From Candidatus Aminicenantes bacterium (GTDB lineage Bacteria > Acidobacteriota > Aminicenantia > UBA2199), in the NCBI GenBank assembly GCA_963764745.1, contig CAVXTN010000012.1, positions 307,564 through 371,563 of the forward strand: a DNA stretch of 64,000 nucleotides, in the 5' to 3' direction. Below, piece after piece: positions 40,023 through 49,267 of the stretch (within the stretch, counting starts at the first letter, position 1; every line of letters begins with the position of its first letter). Below the pieces are notes generated by a model that was given only the letters and a program-made list of their open reading frames with translations, did not search any database and had not been told where the DNA came from. Position numbers and translations under genes: made by a program.

Positions 40023-42776
40023 CTACTTGACCGGGTTGCCGTCGCCGTCGATCACGATGACATCGGCGATGCCGAGTTCGCGAAGCTTGGGCTCTATGGC
40101 GGCCCGGTCGCCGACCACGATCCACTGTACGCTCTCGGGGTGGATCACCTTGCGGGCGGCGCTGCTCAGGTCCTTGATCTCCAACTGGCGAACCCGCTGT
40201 GGATACTGCTGGTAATAATCATCGCTCAAGCCGAAACGCACCATCTCGGTCAGGGACTGCTCCACCGCGGCCATGGTCTCCCACAGGCCGGGCAACTGCA
40301 GCGTCTGGCTTTTTTTGGCGTTCCCGAATTCTTCCGCGCTGATCGGTTTCTTGCCCAGGATGCCCTCCAGTTCCTTGCGGATCTCTTCGACGGTCTCCTT
40401 GGTCTTGTCCGCCTGCACCGGGGCGTAGGCGATGAACGGCTGCTGTCCGCGGGCCCCGGTCAGGAAGGACCCGGCTCCGTAGCTCCAGTGTTTTTCCTCG
40501 CGGATGTTCATGTTCAGGCGCGAAACGAAATCGCCGCCCAGGATAAAATTCATCGTCTCCATGGCGATGCGCCCGGGGTCGGAAGATGAAGGAGCCAGCT
40601 CCACGGCGATCACTACGGACTGCGGCGACGCGGGCTTGTCGATGATGTAAACGGCCGGCCGGGTCTTGAGCGGCACGGCAGCGATGTTCTTCTCGGGGAT
40701 CGCGCCGGGGCTCCAGTCGCGGAAGAGCTTCTCCAGCTTGGGTTTCATCTCGGCCATGGTCGTGTCGCCGACCACCACCAGGGTGGCGTGGTCGGGCTTG
40801 AACCACGTCCGGTGGAAAGCCGCCAGCTGCTGGCGCGTGAGTCTGGACACGGAATCTTCATAGCCCGAACCCGAGAAGGGGTTGCTGTAGGCGTGGCCCT
40901 GGCCATAGATCAGTTTGGGGAAGACGCGCAGGGCCATGGTGAACGGCGAGCTCTTCTCCTGCTGGATCTGGGCGATCTGCAGCTTCTGCAGCCGCTGAAA
41001 ATCGGCTTCCGGGAACTGGGGGTTGAGGATCACGTCGGCGTAAATATCCAGGGCGGCGTCCAATTTTTCCTTCAGGGCGGACAGAGCGACGTAGGAAGTG
41101 TCCAGGTCGGACCCGGTCGCCAGGTTGGCGCCGAGCAGGGCGAGTTCCTCGCTGACCTGCAGGGCCGTGCGCCGGGCCGTGCCCTCGTCAAGCATGGCCA
41201 TGGCCAGTTCGGCGCAACCCGGGATGCCCGACTGGTCGGTGGCGTAACCGGCGTCCAGCACCAGGTTCAGGCGCACCAGCGGCACGGAATGGCGCTCGGC
41301 CAAAATGACCTTCAGGCCGTTCTCGAGAGTGAAACGCTGGAAGGCGGGGAAGCGCACCTCAGGAGCCGGACCGGGTTCGGGCATCTTGCCGCGATCCACG
41401 GAGCTTTTCCCGGCCGTCAGCTCCGGATAGGGCCTGATCTCCAGGGTATAGACGCCGTCGCTCAGCCATTTTTGCGCCGTTTCCTTCAACGCGTCCGGGG
41501 TGGCCGCGGCGATATTTTCCAGCGAGACCCGGTAGGCGTCGGGGCTGCCGCCGAAAACCTGGCTGCGGGCCAGGATGTCAGACTTGCCGCCGAATCCGCC
41601 GATCCGCTCGCTGCCGCGGATGAAACGCGCCAGGAACTGCATGCGCACTTTTTCCAGCTCCTGCGGGGCGGGGCCCGCGGCCAGGAAGCGCCGCAATTCC
41701 TCATCGATCGCCTTCTCCACCCTGGCCGTCTCCACTCCCGGCTTCACGTCGACCTGGATGGTGAACAACCCGGCGATCTCCCGGTTGTCGACATAAACGC
41801 TCACGTCGGTGGCGATCTGGTCATCGTAGATCAGGCGCTTGTACAGGCGCGAGGTCTTGCCCGAGCCCAGCAACTGCGCGGCCAGGAGCAGGCGGTCGTT
41901 CTCAAGCGTGAGGATCTGCGGCACGTTCCAGATCTTGGTGATCCGGGCCTGAGGCACGCGGTCCTCGACGGTCTGGCGCTGCACGCCGCTGCGCTTGGCG
42001 ACCCAGGCTTCGTACCTGGCGATGGGCGGGCCCGGCGGGATGTCGCCGAAATATTGCCTGACCTTGGCCAGCGCCGTCTGGGCGTCGATGTCGCCGGCAA
42101 TGGCGATCACGGCGTTGTTCGGGCCGTAGTATGAGGAAAACCACTGGTGCACGTCATCGAGCTTGGCCGCGGCCAGGTCCTCCAGGGAGCCGATCACCGT
42201 CCAGGAATAGGGATGGCCGGCGGGAAAGCAGGCCTTGGCGATGAGTTCTTCGGCGACGCTGTAGGGTTCGTTGTCGGACTGGCGCTTTTCGTTCTGCACC
42301 ACGCCGCGCTGCTCGTCGAGCTTGCCTTGCGTGACGGCGCCCTTGAGGTGGCCCATGCGGTCCGATTCCAGCCACAGGGCCAGGTCGAAGGCCGGGGTCG
42401 GCACATTCTCGAAATAATTGGTCCGGTCCTCGTTGGTCGTGCCGTTGAGGTCGGTGGCGCCCACCTTCTGCATGGGCTTGAAGTAATCGTCGTCGTAATT
42501 TTCGCTGCCGTTGAACATCAGGTGTTCGAAAAGGTGGGCGAACCCCGTCCGGCCCGGCTTTTCGTTCTTGGAACCGACATGGTACCAGACGTTGAAGGCC
42601 ACGATCGGCGCCTTGTGGTCCTCATGGACGATCAGTGTCAAGCCGTTGTCCAAAACGAACTTCTGGAACGGAATATCGATTTTCCCGGCAGCGCCGGCGG
42701 CGGCCAATGAATTTCCTGCTGCTAAGATCATGAAAATAATCCCGCAAAATACGAGATTGCCATTTCTTTTTGCCAT
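40023..42776 (-). CDS. M16 family zinc protease (PqqL/pitrilysin-like), exported
   Basis: Signal peptide, WYHVGSKNE, AHLFEH (HxxEH), NGTTNEDRTNY, second half SRLNMNIREEKHWSYG; ORF intact. Confidence 0.93.
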   Translation of the reverse strand: MAKRNGNLVFCGIIFMILAAGNSLAAAGAAGKIDIPFQKFVLDNGLTLIVHEDHKAPIVAFNVWYHVGSKNEKPGRTGFAHLFEHLMFNGSENYDDDYFKPMQKVGATDLNGTTNEDRTNYFENVPTPAFDLALWLESDRMGHLKGAVTQGKLDEQRGVVQNEKRQSDNEPYSVAEELIAKACFPAGHPYSWTVIGSLEDLAAAKLDDVHQWFSSYYGPNNAVIAIAGDIDAQTALAKVRQYFGDIPPGPPIARYEAWVAKRSGVQRQTVEDRVPQARITKIWNVPQILTLENDRLLLAAQLLGSGKTSRLYKRLIYDDQIATDVSVYVDNREIAGLFTIQVDVKPGVETARVEKAIDEELRRFLAAGPAPQELEKVRMQFLARFIRGSERIGGFGGKSDILARSQVFGGSPDAYRVSLENIAAATPDALKETAQKWLSDGVYTLEIRPYPELTAGKSSVDRGKMPEPGPAPEVRFPAFQRFTLENGLKVILAERHSVPLVRLNLVLDAGYATDQSGIPGCAELAMAMLDEGTARRTALQVSEELALLGANLATGSDLDTSYVALSALKEKLDAALDIYADVILNPQFPEADFQRLQKLQIAQIQQEKSSPFTMALRVFPKLIYGQGHAYSNPFSGSGYEDSVSRLTRQQLAAFHRTWFKPDHATLVVVGDTTMAEMKPKLEKLFRDWSPGAIPEKNIAAVPLKTRPAVYIIDKPASPQSVVIAVELAPSSSDPGRIAMETMNFILGGDFVSRLNMNIREEKHWSYGAGSFLTGARGQQPFIAYAPVQADKTKETVEEIRKELEGILGKKPISAEEFGNAKKSQTLQLPGLWETMAAVEQSLTEMVRFGLSDDYYQQYPQRVRQLEIKDLSSAARKVIHPESVQWIVVGDRAAIEPKLRELGIADVIVIDGDGNPVK

Positions 42777-42896
42777 TGTTGAACCTCCACGATGCTCATG
42801 GGCGCATTGTATCAGAAGGACCGCTTTTGTTCAAAGACGCGCCGCCCGCGGCATATTGCACTTGCCACGCCGCGGCGCTTCTTCTACAATGGGACG

Positions 42897-43931
42897 GTGA
42901 GCTGGCTGCTGAAAATGCTGTTCCTTTTCCGGCTGCGCTGCGGCCGGGCCCTGCGCGCGTTTTTCCGCATTTCACCCCGGTCCCGGACCGCCAGGCATTT
43001 GCGGGTCCAGGGGGCTCCCCTGCCCTTCCTCGAGGGGGCCAACCTGCCCTGGCTGCGGTACGGCGGCGACTTCGGCGCCAACGCCTGGAACCCGGCCGGC
43101 GGATTGGGAAAAACCGAAAAACAAGAAGAGCTGCGCCGCCATTTCCGGGAATTGCAGGGGCGGGGCATCACTGTGCTGCGCTGGTTCCTTCTCTGCGACG
43201 GCCGAGCCGGTATCCGCTTCAGCCCGCATGGGACGCCCATGGGCCCCGACGACCGCCTGTTCGCCGACATGGATGCCGCCCTGGAGACGGCGGCGGCCGA
43301 GGGGATGAAGGTCATCTTCGTGCTCCTCGACTTCCTCTGGTTCGACAAGCCCTCGCTGGTCAACGGCGTGCAGACCGGGGGACATGGCAAAACCGTGACC
43401 GGCGCCTACAAGCAGCGGGCCCTGCGCCGGCGCGTCCTGGCGCCGCTCCTCGAGCGCTACGGCCGCTCGCCGGTTATCCTGGCCTGGGACATCGTCAACG
43501 AGCCCGAGTGGGCCACCCGCGGCTGGGGCGGGGGCATCATCGGCCCTTCGGTCCCCTTCCTGGCCATGCGTCGCTTCATCAAGAGGGTGGTCCGCCTGGT
43601 CCACCGCCATACCGGCCACCTGGCCACGGTCGGACTGGGCAACGCCGCCGGGCTGCCGCTGGTGCGGGGCTGCGGCCTCGACCTCTACCAGGTGCACTGG
43701 TATGACCGCTGGGAAAGCGTCGCCCCGTTGTCATGCCCGGTCGCCGAGCTTGGCCTCGACCGGCCCGTGCTCCTCGGGGAATTCCCGACCCGGAATTCAA
43801 GCCGTTCCCCGGAGGGGATCGTGGCCGCGTCCCGGGAGAGCGGCTACTGCGGCGCCATCGCCTGGTCACTGCTGGCGGAAGACGATTTTTCGGGCCTAAA
43901 AGGAAGCGCAGCAAAACTGCAAGCGAAATAA
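42897..43931 (+). CDS. GH5-family glycoside hydrolase (beta-mannanase-like)
   Basis: GANLPW..YGGDFG, WDIVNEP acid/base, DLYQVHWY, PVLLGEF nucleophile; start placed at the GTG 6 nt after TTGCCA-17-TACAAT. Confidence 0.75.
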   Translation: MSWLLKMLFLFRLRCGRALRAFFRISPRSRTARHLRVQGAPLPFLEGANLPWLRYGGDFGANAWNPAGGLGKTEKQEELRRHFRELQGRGITVLRWFLLCDGRAGIRFSPHGTPMGPDDRLFADMDAALETAAAEGMKVIFVLLDFLWFDKPSLVNGVQTGGHGKTVTGAYKQRALRRRVLAPLLERYGRSPVILAWDIVNEPEWATRGWGGGIIGPSVPFLAMRRFIKRVVRLVHRHTGHLATVGLGNAAGLPLVRGCGLDLYQVHWYDRWESVAPLSCPVAELGLDRPVLLGEFPTRNSSRSPEGIVAASRESGYCGAIAWSLLAEDDFSGLKGSAAKLQAK

Positions 43932-44004
43932 AAAGGCAAGAGCATATTGCCTGGTCATGGAACTTTTCAGCCTTGGCTGCGTTATATTCATTTCAGGAGG
44001 TCCC

Positions 44005-44775
44005 ATGAAAAAAGTCGCCTTTTTCTGCTTGCTGTTTTTAGTCGCCATGGCTGCCGCCAGCGCGGCCCAGAGCCGGGAAACCCTCACCCTGGCCGCTTCC
44101 GGATGCCGGATGCTGCGCATCGATTGCGGAGCCGGCTCGCTGAAGGTCGTGGGAGAAGACAATTTGGACAAAATCGAGGTCAACGCGGTTCTGGATGTCA
44201 GGGGACTTGCCGAGAACGAACTTGCGGATTTCAAAAAAGAACGCGTCGAGCTGAAGCTTGCGCAAACGGGCGACCACGCCGTGCTTGTCGCGAAGATCGA
44301 ATCTTGGTTTTCACTGGAAAACCTTTTCGGCGGGCATGACGCCAGGATCGATCTGGAGATCCGGCTGCCGCGCCGGCTGGCGCTTGCGGTCGAAGACGGC
44401 TCGGGAGACATCGAGATCCGTGAAATCGACGGCGGCCTGGATCTCGAAGACGGTTCCGGAGCCATACTGGCGGCCCATATCAACGGCCCGGTAAAAATTG
44501 ACGACGGCTCGGGCGATATGCGGCTGTCCGGCCTTTCCGGCAGGGTGGCCATCAGCGACGGCTCGGGGGACATCGAACTTAAGGATGGCGGCGGCGACGT
44601 GTCGGTGGAAGACGGATCGGGAGAGATCGGGATCTACCGGATCGCGGGCTCGGTGCGGATCGACGACGGCTCGGGCGACATCGTCATCGACGGCGTGGAG
44701 AAGGACGTGACCATCGAGGAAGCCGGCAGCGGCGGCCTGGAGATACGCAACGTCAAGGGCCGGGTTCGCAAATAA
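44005..44775 (+). CDS. DUF4097 (beta-strand repeat, adhesin-like) exported protein
   Basis: SD AGGAGG, signal peptide, repeated (D/E)DGSG(D/E)I units. Confidence 0.82.
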   Translation: MKKVAFFCLLFLVAMAAASAAQSRETLTLAASGCRMLRIDCGAGSLKVVGEDNLDKIEVNAVLDVRGLAENELADFKKERVELKLAQTGDHAVLVAKIESWFSLENLFGGHDARIDLEIRLPRRLALAVEDGSGDIEIREIDGGLDLEDGSGAILAAHINGPVKIDDGSGDMRLSGLSGRVAISDGSGDIELKDGGGDVSVEDGSGEIGIYRIAGSVRIDDGSGDIVIDGVEKDVTIEEAGSGGLEIRNVKGRVRK

Positions 44776-44809
44776 ACGGCGTTCCCGGTTGCTTTTGCCG
44801 CCTTGCGCG

Positions 44810-46753
44810 TCAATGGAACGAGAAAGAACCGATATAGGTCCAGTCGCAATCGTTGCTCCGCCGCGGATAGATCACCAAGCGGATATATTGATAAGTTCCC
44901 GCCGGAAACTCGGCATCCAGGATCTTCTCGGCATCCGGCGCTGATTTCTCCCGCGCCGGGTCGAAGATCATGCGCCGCAACTGTGTTTCCTTATCCCCAT
45001 TGACCCCGATGAGCCTGAGTTCCACACCGTCGCTAAAGGCGATCCCCTCCCGGTAGAATTCCGGGATATAACCGATGGAGATGGAGATTCGCGTCGCTTC
45101 GGGCGGGACGGCGACCCGGGAAATGAACAAGGCATGCGCGAAAAGGACCCAGCGCTTTTCGATCTGCCGGAACGCCATCTGCCAGCTGCAGATCCTCCCC
45201 CTGGCCAGGTCAAGGAACCCCCGCAGCCCCGGCGGCGGGTCATAGTCGGCAATGCGCTGATACAGCGCCGAGGGATATGGGCCGCCGCTCCCTCCGGTCG
45301 CGTCGGCGCGCAGCACGCGTTTGTATAACAGGCAGCCCTTCTGATTGGCGAAAATTTTCATCTCGTCCGCATCGTCCCTCAGCAGCAGGTAGGCCGGACG
45401 AAAACGGTTGGCGAAATGCTCCAGGTCCTCGATGTTGTCGACGGTGACCCCGGTAGTGGCAATGCCGTTGGTGTCGAAGACCCGGGCCTTGGGGAGAAGA
45501 TAACCGATTATCCCGACTTCCCGGGCCAGGACGGCATCGCCCGGCTGCAGGCGCTTGTCCAGCCAGGAACAGAGCCGGCCATAAGAGCGGATACGGTTGT
45601 CGAAACGGAAATCGGCCAGACGGCGAAGAGGCATGATGGTCACGGCCAGGAATACCGCAATGGCCAGCGCCGCCGCCCGGGAGAGGACCTTGGGGCCCGG
45701 GCCGCGCAACACTCCCTTGCGGGTCAGCCGGCGCCCCGCAACGGACAGCAGCCAGAGGGCTCCGAACAAAGGCACCGCGGCGAGAAGCAGGTCGATATCA
45801 TAAAAATACCAGTGGTAGAAGGGGATGGAGAGCCACGCATAGGCATAATAATGGAGACAGGTGAAGGCCAGGAGCATCAGCGTCCATGCCCCCAGGCCGG
45901 AAAAGCCGGCCAGCAGGAGGGGCAGCAGGTACCAGCGCCCCTGAAAGAACTGCAGGATGTGGGGGCGCATTTTCTGATGGTACATCGCCCACTTGCCGCT
46001 GCTGCCCTGGACGATCTTGGTCTGCAGAGTTTCCGGGAAAAGCCCGTGGAAATGCAGATAATAGTAGCCGTGCCAGATCAAGGCAACGGCCAGGAAAACA
46101 GCGGCGGCCTGCAAGATCTCAACCGCGAATCGCCGCCCGGCGATCTTTTTTCGCAGGAGCAGCCACAGGCGCCAGAAGAGGATGGGGAGGAGCATGAGCA
46201 CGGCCTCGCCGCGGGCCAGGTAGGCCAGCGCCGCAAACAGACCCAGCAGCCAGGAGTTTTCACGGCGGGTCGCGGCATGGATCATTCCCAGCAGGGCGAA
46301 ATAGAGCAGCGCGCATTCGCCGCCGCCGCAGGTGAGGGTGACCGGATTAAAAAAAAGAGGCAGCGGGGCCAGGGCGGCCCATATCCCCAGTCGCTTGCGC
46401 AGAAGCTGAAAGAAAAGAAAGGAAGCCCCGGCCAGGAAAGCGATGAACAAAACTTTCGACCAGACCATCAATCCAGGGGCAGGCAGCAGTTTTTGAAAAA
46501 AAGCCAGCAAAAAGACCCAAAGCGGGCTGGTGACCGGGAAATGGCGGTCACCGGGATTGAATACCGGCCCGTGGCCGTCGACGATATTCCGGGCCACCCG
46601 CAGGTAGATCAGGACATCGTCCATATAGACGCCGACATAAAGCGCATACAGGGAAATGGCGAGCGCCAGGATCAGCACGAAAGCCGTGATTTGAGTTTTG
46701 TTCCCGGCTTTTTCTCCCAAACGGTTGAACGCCGTCCACGGCGGAAAAATCAT
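44810..46753 (-). CDS. GT-C fold membrane glycosyltransferase-like protein with C-terminal periplasmic beta-sandwich domain
   Basis: MDDVLIYLRVARNIVDGHGPVFN..TSPLW, LARGEA, FPET..K, EVGIIGY..D..G; C-terminal FAH..SDGV..DW. Confidence 0.7.
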   Translation of the reverse strand: MIFPPWTAFNRLGEKAGNKTQITAFVLILALAISLYALYVGVYMDDVLIYLRVARNIVDGHGPVFNPGDRHFPVTSPLWVFLLAFFQKLLPAPGLMVWSKVLFIAFLAGASFLFFQLLRKRLGIWAALAPLPLFFNPVTLTCGGGECALLYFALLGMIHAATRRENSWLLGLFAALAYLARGEAVLMLLPILFWRLWLLLRKKIAGRRFAVEILQAAAVFLAVALIWHGYYYLHFHGLFPETLQTKIVQGSSGKWAMYHQKMRPHILQFFQGRWYLLPLLLAGFSGLGAWTLMLLAFTCLHYYAYAWLSIPFYHWYFYDIDLLLAAVPLFGALWLLSVAGRRLTRKGVLRGPGPKVLSRAAALAIAVFLAVTIMPLRRLADFRFDNRIRSYGRLCSWLDKRLQPGDAVLAREVGIIGYLLPKARVFDTNGIATTGVTVDNIEDLEHFANRFRPAYLLLRDDADEMKIFANQKGCLLYKRVLRADATGGSGGPYPSALYQRIADYDPPPGLRGFLDLARGRICSWQMAFRQIEKRWVLFAHALFISRVAVPPEATRISISIGYIPEFYREGIAFSDGVELRLIGVNGDKETQLRRMIFDPAREKSAPDAEKILDAEFPAGTYQYIRLVIYPRRSNDCDWTYIGSFSFH

Positions 46754-46869
46754 GTCGCTCCCTCGATTTACGATCTGCCTATCTCACGCCCGGCATTATA
46801 CAATAAAATCGGAATCCTTAGAAATATCCCTTCGTGTGCTCCTGGCAATGTTTCGATTGGGTCACTGGA

Positions 46870-47400
46870 TCACGGGGTCGTGGGATCGCTCAAGTAGACG
46901 AAGAAGAGATCGTCGCCCCGGACCAGGGGCATCCAGTTCTTCTGGTGGCGGTCGGCGTGGACGGAACGCTCCACGGCCACATCCACGATGCGCTGCCCGG
47001 CATCCAGTTCCAACAGGGCGATCTCGCAGCGGCCGGAGGGGACCATGTCCCTGACCGTGGCGCTGCACCAGAAACGACCGCGGCAGGAGAAGAGCCGGCA
47101 GTCTTCGAACCCGGCCACGGGAAAGCCGCTGCGGGGGACGGAGGGCGGCCGCTCAAGGATCTCGCGCGCCTCGACGACGTTGAGATCGGGGCCAAGGCGC
47201 ACGAAGAAATTCCGGCTGCGGATGATTCCCCGTTCATCATGGATCCGGTAGGCCATGTTCTCGACCGTGTAGTTGACGGCGCGGACAACGCCATAGACGG
47301 TTCCGTCCCGGCTGCAGATCGACGGGTTGGCGGGTGCAAAGTGAGGAGGGAGCGCGATCTCCAGCTCACTGAGGTCGCAGGCGCCGAAAAGTTCGGCCAT
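46870..47400 (-). pseudogene. Truncated beta-propeller glycosidase-like domain (GH43/GH130-like fold)
   Basis: NPSI, VRAVNY, GFEDCRLF, KNWMP, FVY..DPT. Stops after about 175 aa, with another frame closing 3 codons later; too short for a full 5-blade propeller. Confidence 0.55.
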
Positions 47401-47490
47401 GCGCTCTTAACCGTTTGCCGACGCCGTCAGGCGTCGCCGAGCCCACTGAACGCTCGCCGCCCGCCCGATGGCATCTTCATGCTGGACACG

Positions 47491-48372
47491 CTAAAACCCG
47501 GTCGCGCCGGTAGGTCCAGCGGGCTCAGTCATCGGGCCCGTGGGGCCGGTCGGTCCCCCATACCCCGTCGGGCCCGTCGGCCCGGTGAAGCCCATCGCGC
47601 CCGGCGCACCCGTCGGTCCCGTATTGGCGGCGGTACCCGGGACTCCCTGCGGGCCGGTCTGGCCTATGGGTCCGGTGACACCCATGACGCCTTGCGAGCC
47701 CATCGAACCGGTGGGACCGGCCGCCCCCATAGGTCCGGTGACACCCACGGGGCCTTGTGAGCCCCTCATCCCGGTGGGACCGGTAGGGCCCCAAGGCCCT
47801 TGTGGCCCGGTCGGGCCGTTCAAGCCCTGTTTGCCGTCCCTGCCGGGCTCGCCCTTGGGACCGGCCGGGCCCTGGGCCCCGGTAGCCTGTTCCGCAACGA
47901 GCGAGTAGGCCGAGCTGCCGAAACGAAGGTTGGGCGACAGCACCTCGCCGTCGACCGTGACTTCGAGGAAGCGCAGGGGGCCGCTGGCATCGGCCGGCGG
48001 GCCGGCGAAGAGGCCCGCGGGCAGCGGCGTGACGCTGCCGAGCTGCACGCTGAAGAAGCCATCCCGGACCATGACCTGGCGATGGATCTCCATCCAGGGA
48101 GAGAAGATCGGCAGGGGCGTGGCCGAGATGTCCTCGGCGTTCACGACGCGAAAGATCATCTCGAAGGCGCCGTCCAGGGTGGCGCCGGAAGGGCTCGTCA
48201 GCCGTCCCTGGTAGGTCAGCAGCTGAGGCGCGTCGGCGGCGAACAGCTTCAAAGAGCCGAGAACTGCCGAGAATGACAGGGTCATCAGCAGCCCGTCGCC
48301 GATGAAGCGGCGGCGGCTGTATTCCCGCGTCTTCACGATTTTTTTTCTATTGGTTTTTTCGGTATTGCCCAT
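47491..48372 (-). CDS. Collagen-like protein with twin-arginine signal, N-terminal globular domain and about 40 Gly-X-Y triplets
   Basis: YSRRRFIG + hydrophobic stretch + LFA; [37 protein letters not shown]; GPT/GVT/GAT-rich triplets. Alternative start at 48387. Confidence 0.85.
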   Translation of the reverse strand: MGNTEKTNRKKIVKTREYSRRRFIGDGLLMTLSFSAVLGSLKLFAADAPQLLTYQGRLTSPSGATLDGAFEMIFRVVNAEDISATPLPIFSPWMEIHRQVMVRDGFFSVQLGSVTPLPAGLFAGPPADASGPLRFLEVTVDGEVLSPNLRFGSSAYSLVAEQATGAQGPAGPKGEPGRDGKQGLNGPTGPQGPWGPTGPTGMRGSQGPVGVTGPMGAAGPTGSMGSQGVMGVTGPIGQTGPQGVPGTAANTGPTGAPGAMGFTGPTGPTGYGGPTGPTGPMTEPAGPTGATGF

Positions 48373-48429
48373 GCCGATATTTTCCATATATCATAATGAA
48401 TTGTCAAGAATTAAGGTTGAAACGAAAAC

Positions 48430-49071
48430 TCACGGCTTGACTATGCCCACTGCCCGCACCGGCGAGCCGTCGGCCGCGGCGATATTCAGGGGCAGGCAGG
48501 AAAAATCGAACTCCTTTCCGATCAGCATTTCAAGGTTGCTTAAATTCTCAACGAGCACGATGTTTTTCGCCAGGAGCGTCCGGTGGACCACCAGGGAGGA
48601 CGAATCGACCTCGTCGAGGGAAACCATGTCCACCCCCACCCCCTTGAGCTTGAACCCGGACAACCAGCGGGCGGCGTCGGCAGAGAGGACGGGATAAGCG
48701 CCGAAATATTCTGTTTTCCCCCAAAAGCGCGCCCAGCCGCTATGCAAAAGCACGAAATCGACGGCAGCGATGCGCTTTTCTTCCCCTTGCAGATCGGCGA
48801 TGCCGATGTGCCGGCCGCGGACGTGGGAGACATCCAGGACCCAGCCCGGGCCATGGAAATGCCCGACGCCGAGTTCGTCCAGGGCGGGAGCCCCTTCCAG
48901 CAGATGGCAGGGCGCATCCACGTGGGTGCCGGTATGGGAAAGGAGCCGGAGCCCCTTCTCGGCAAAACCGTTGACGGCGATCGTGTAGGCATCGATGATC
49001 CTGGGGGGCTCGGTGCCCGGGAAAAACGGCATGGCTTCGTGGATGGGATGGGTCAGGTCGACGACTTCCAT
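48430..49071 (-). CDS. Cyclase family / kynurenine formamidase-like metallohydrolase
   Basis: DLTHPI, HTGTHVDAPCH, GVD..S.D, H..LL...VENL, DGSPVRA. Confidence 0.88.
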   Translation of the reverse strand: MEVVDLTHPIHEAMPFFPGTEPPRIIDAYTIAVNGFAEKGLRLLSHTGTHVDAPCHLLEGAPALDELGVGHFHGPGWVLDVSHVRGRHIGIADLQGEEKRIAAVDFVLLHSGWARFWGKTEYFGAYPVLSADAARWLSGFKLKGVGVDMVSLDEVDSSSLVVHRTLLAKNIVLVENLSNLEMLIGKEFDFSCLPLNIAAADGSPVRAVGIVKP

Positions 49072-49267
49072 GGATATGCTCTGCCTCCGTTCATGGGCGC
49101 TGGGTTCACCCAAGCGCGTATGGTATGACAGGTCTTCATTCAAGTCAAATTAAAAAACAGCATTGGGCAGCAATTAATATTAATTTAGTAACCGCCGAGT
49201 GAGATGCAAAACAAATAAGAAAGTCCCGCGTTAAAAAATCAATTTCCCCTTGTCGAAGAAATGTGGT

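Noticed and set aside
44340-44760. DNA repeats GACGGCTCGGG..GACATC
   Set aside because: Coding repeats of the DUF4097 DGSGDI units, not an independent DNA element.
47491-48387. Prophage tail fibre
   Set aside because: No capsid, terminase, integrase or other phage genes nearby; the protein has an export signal.
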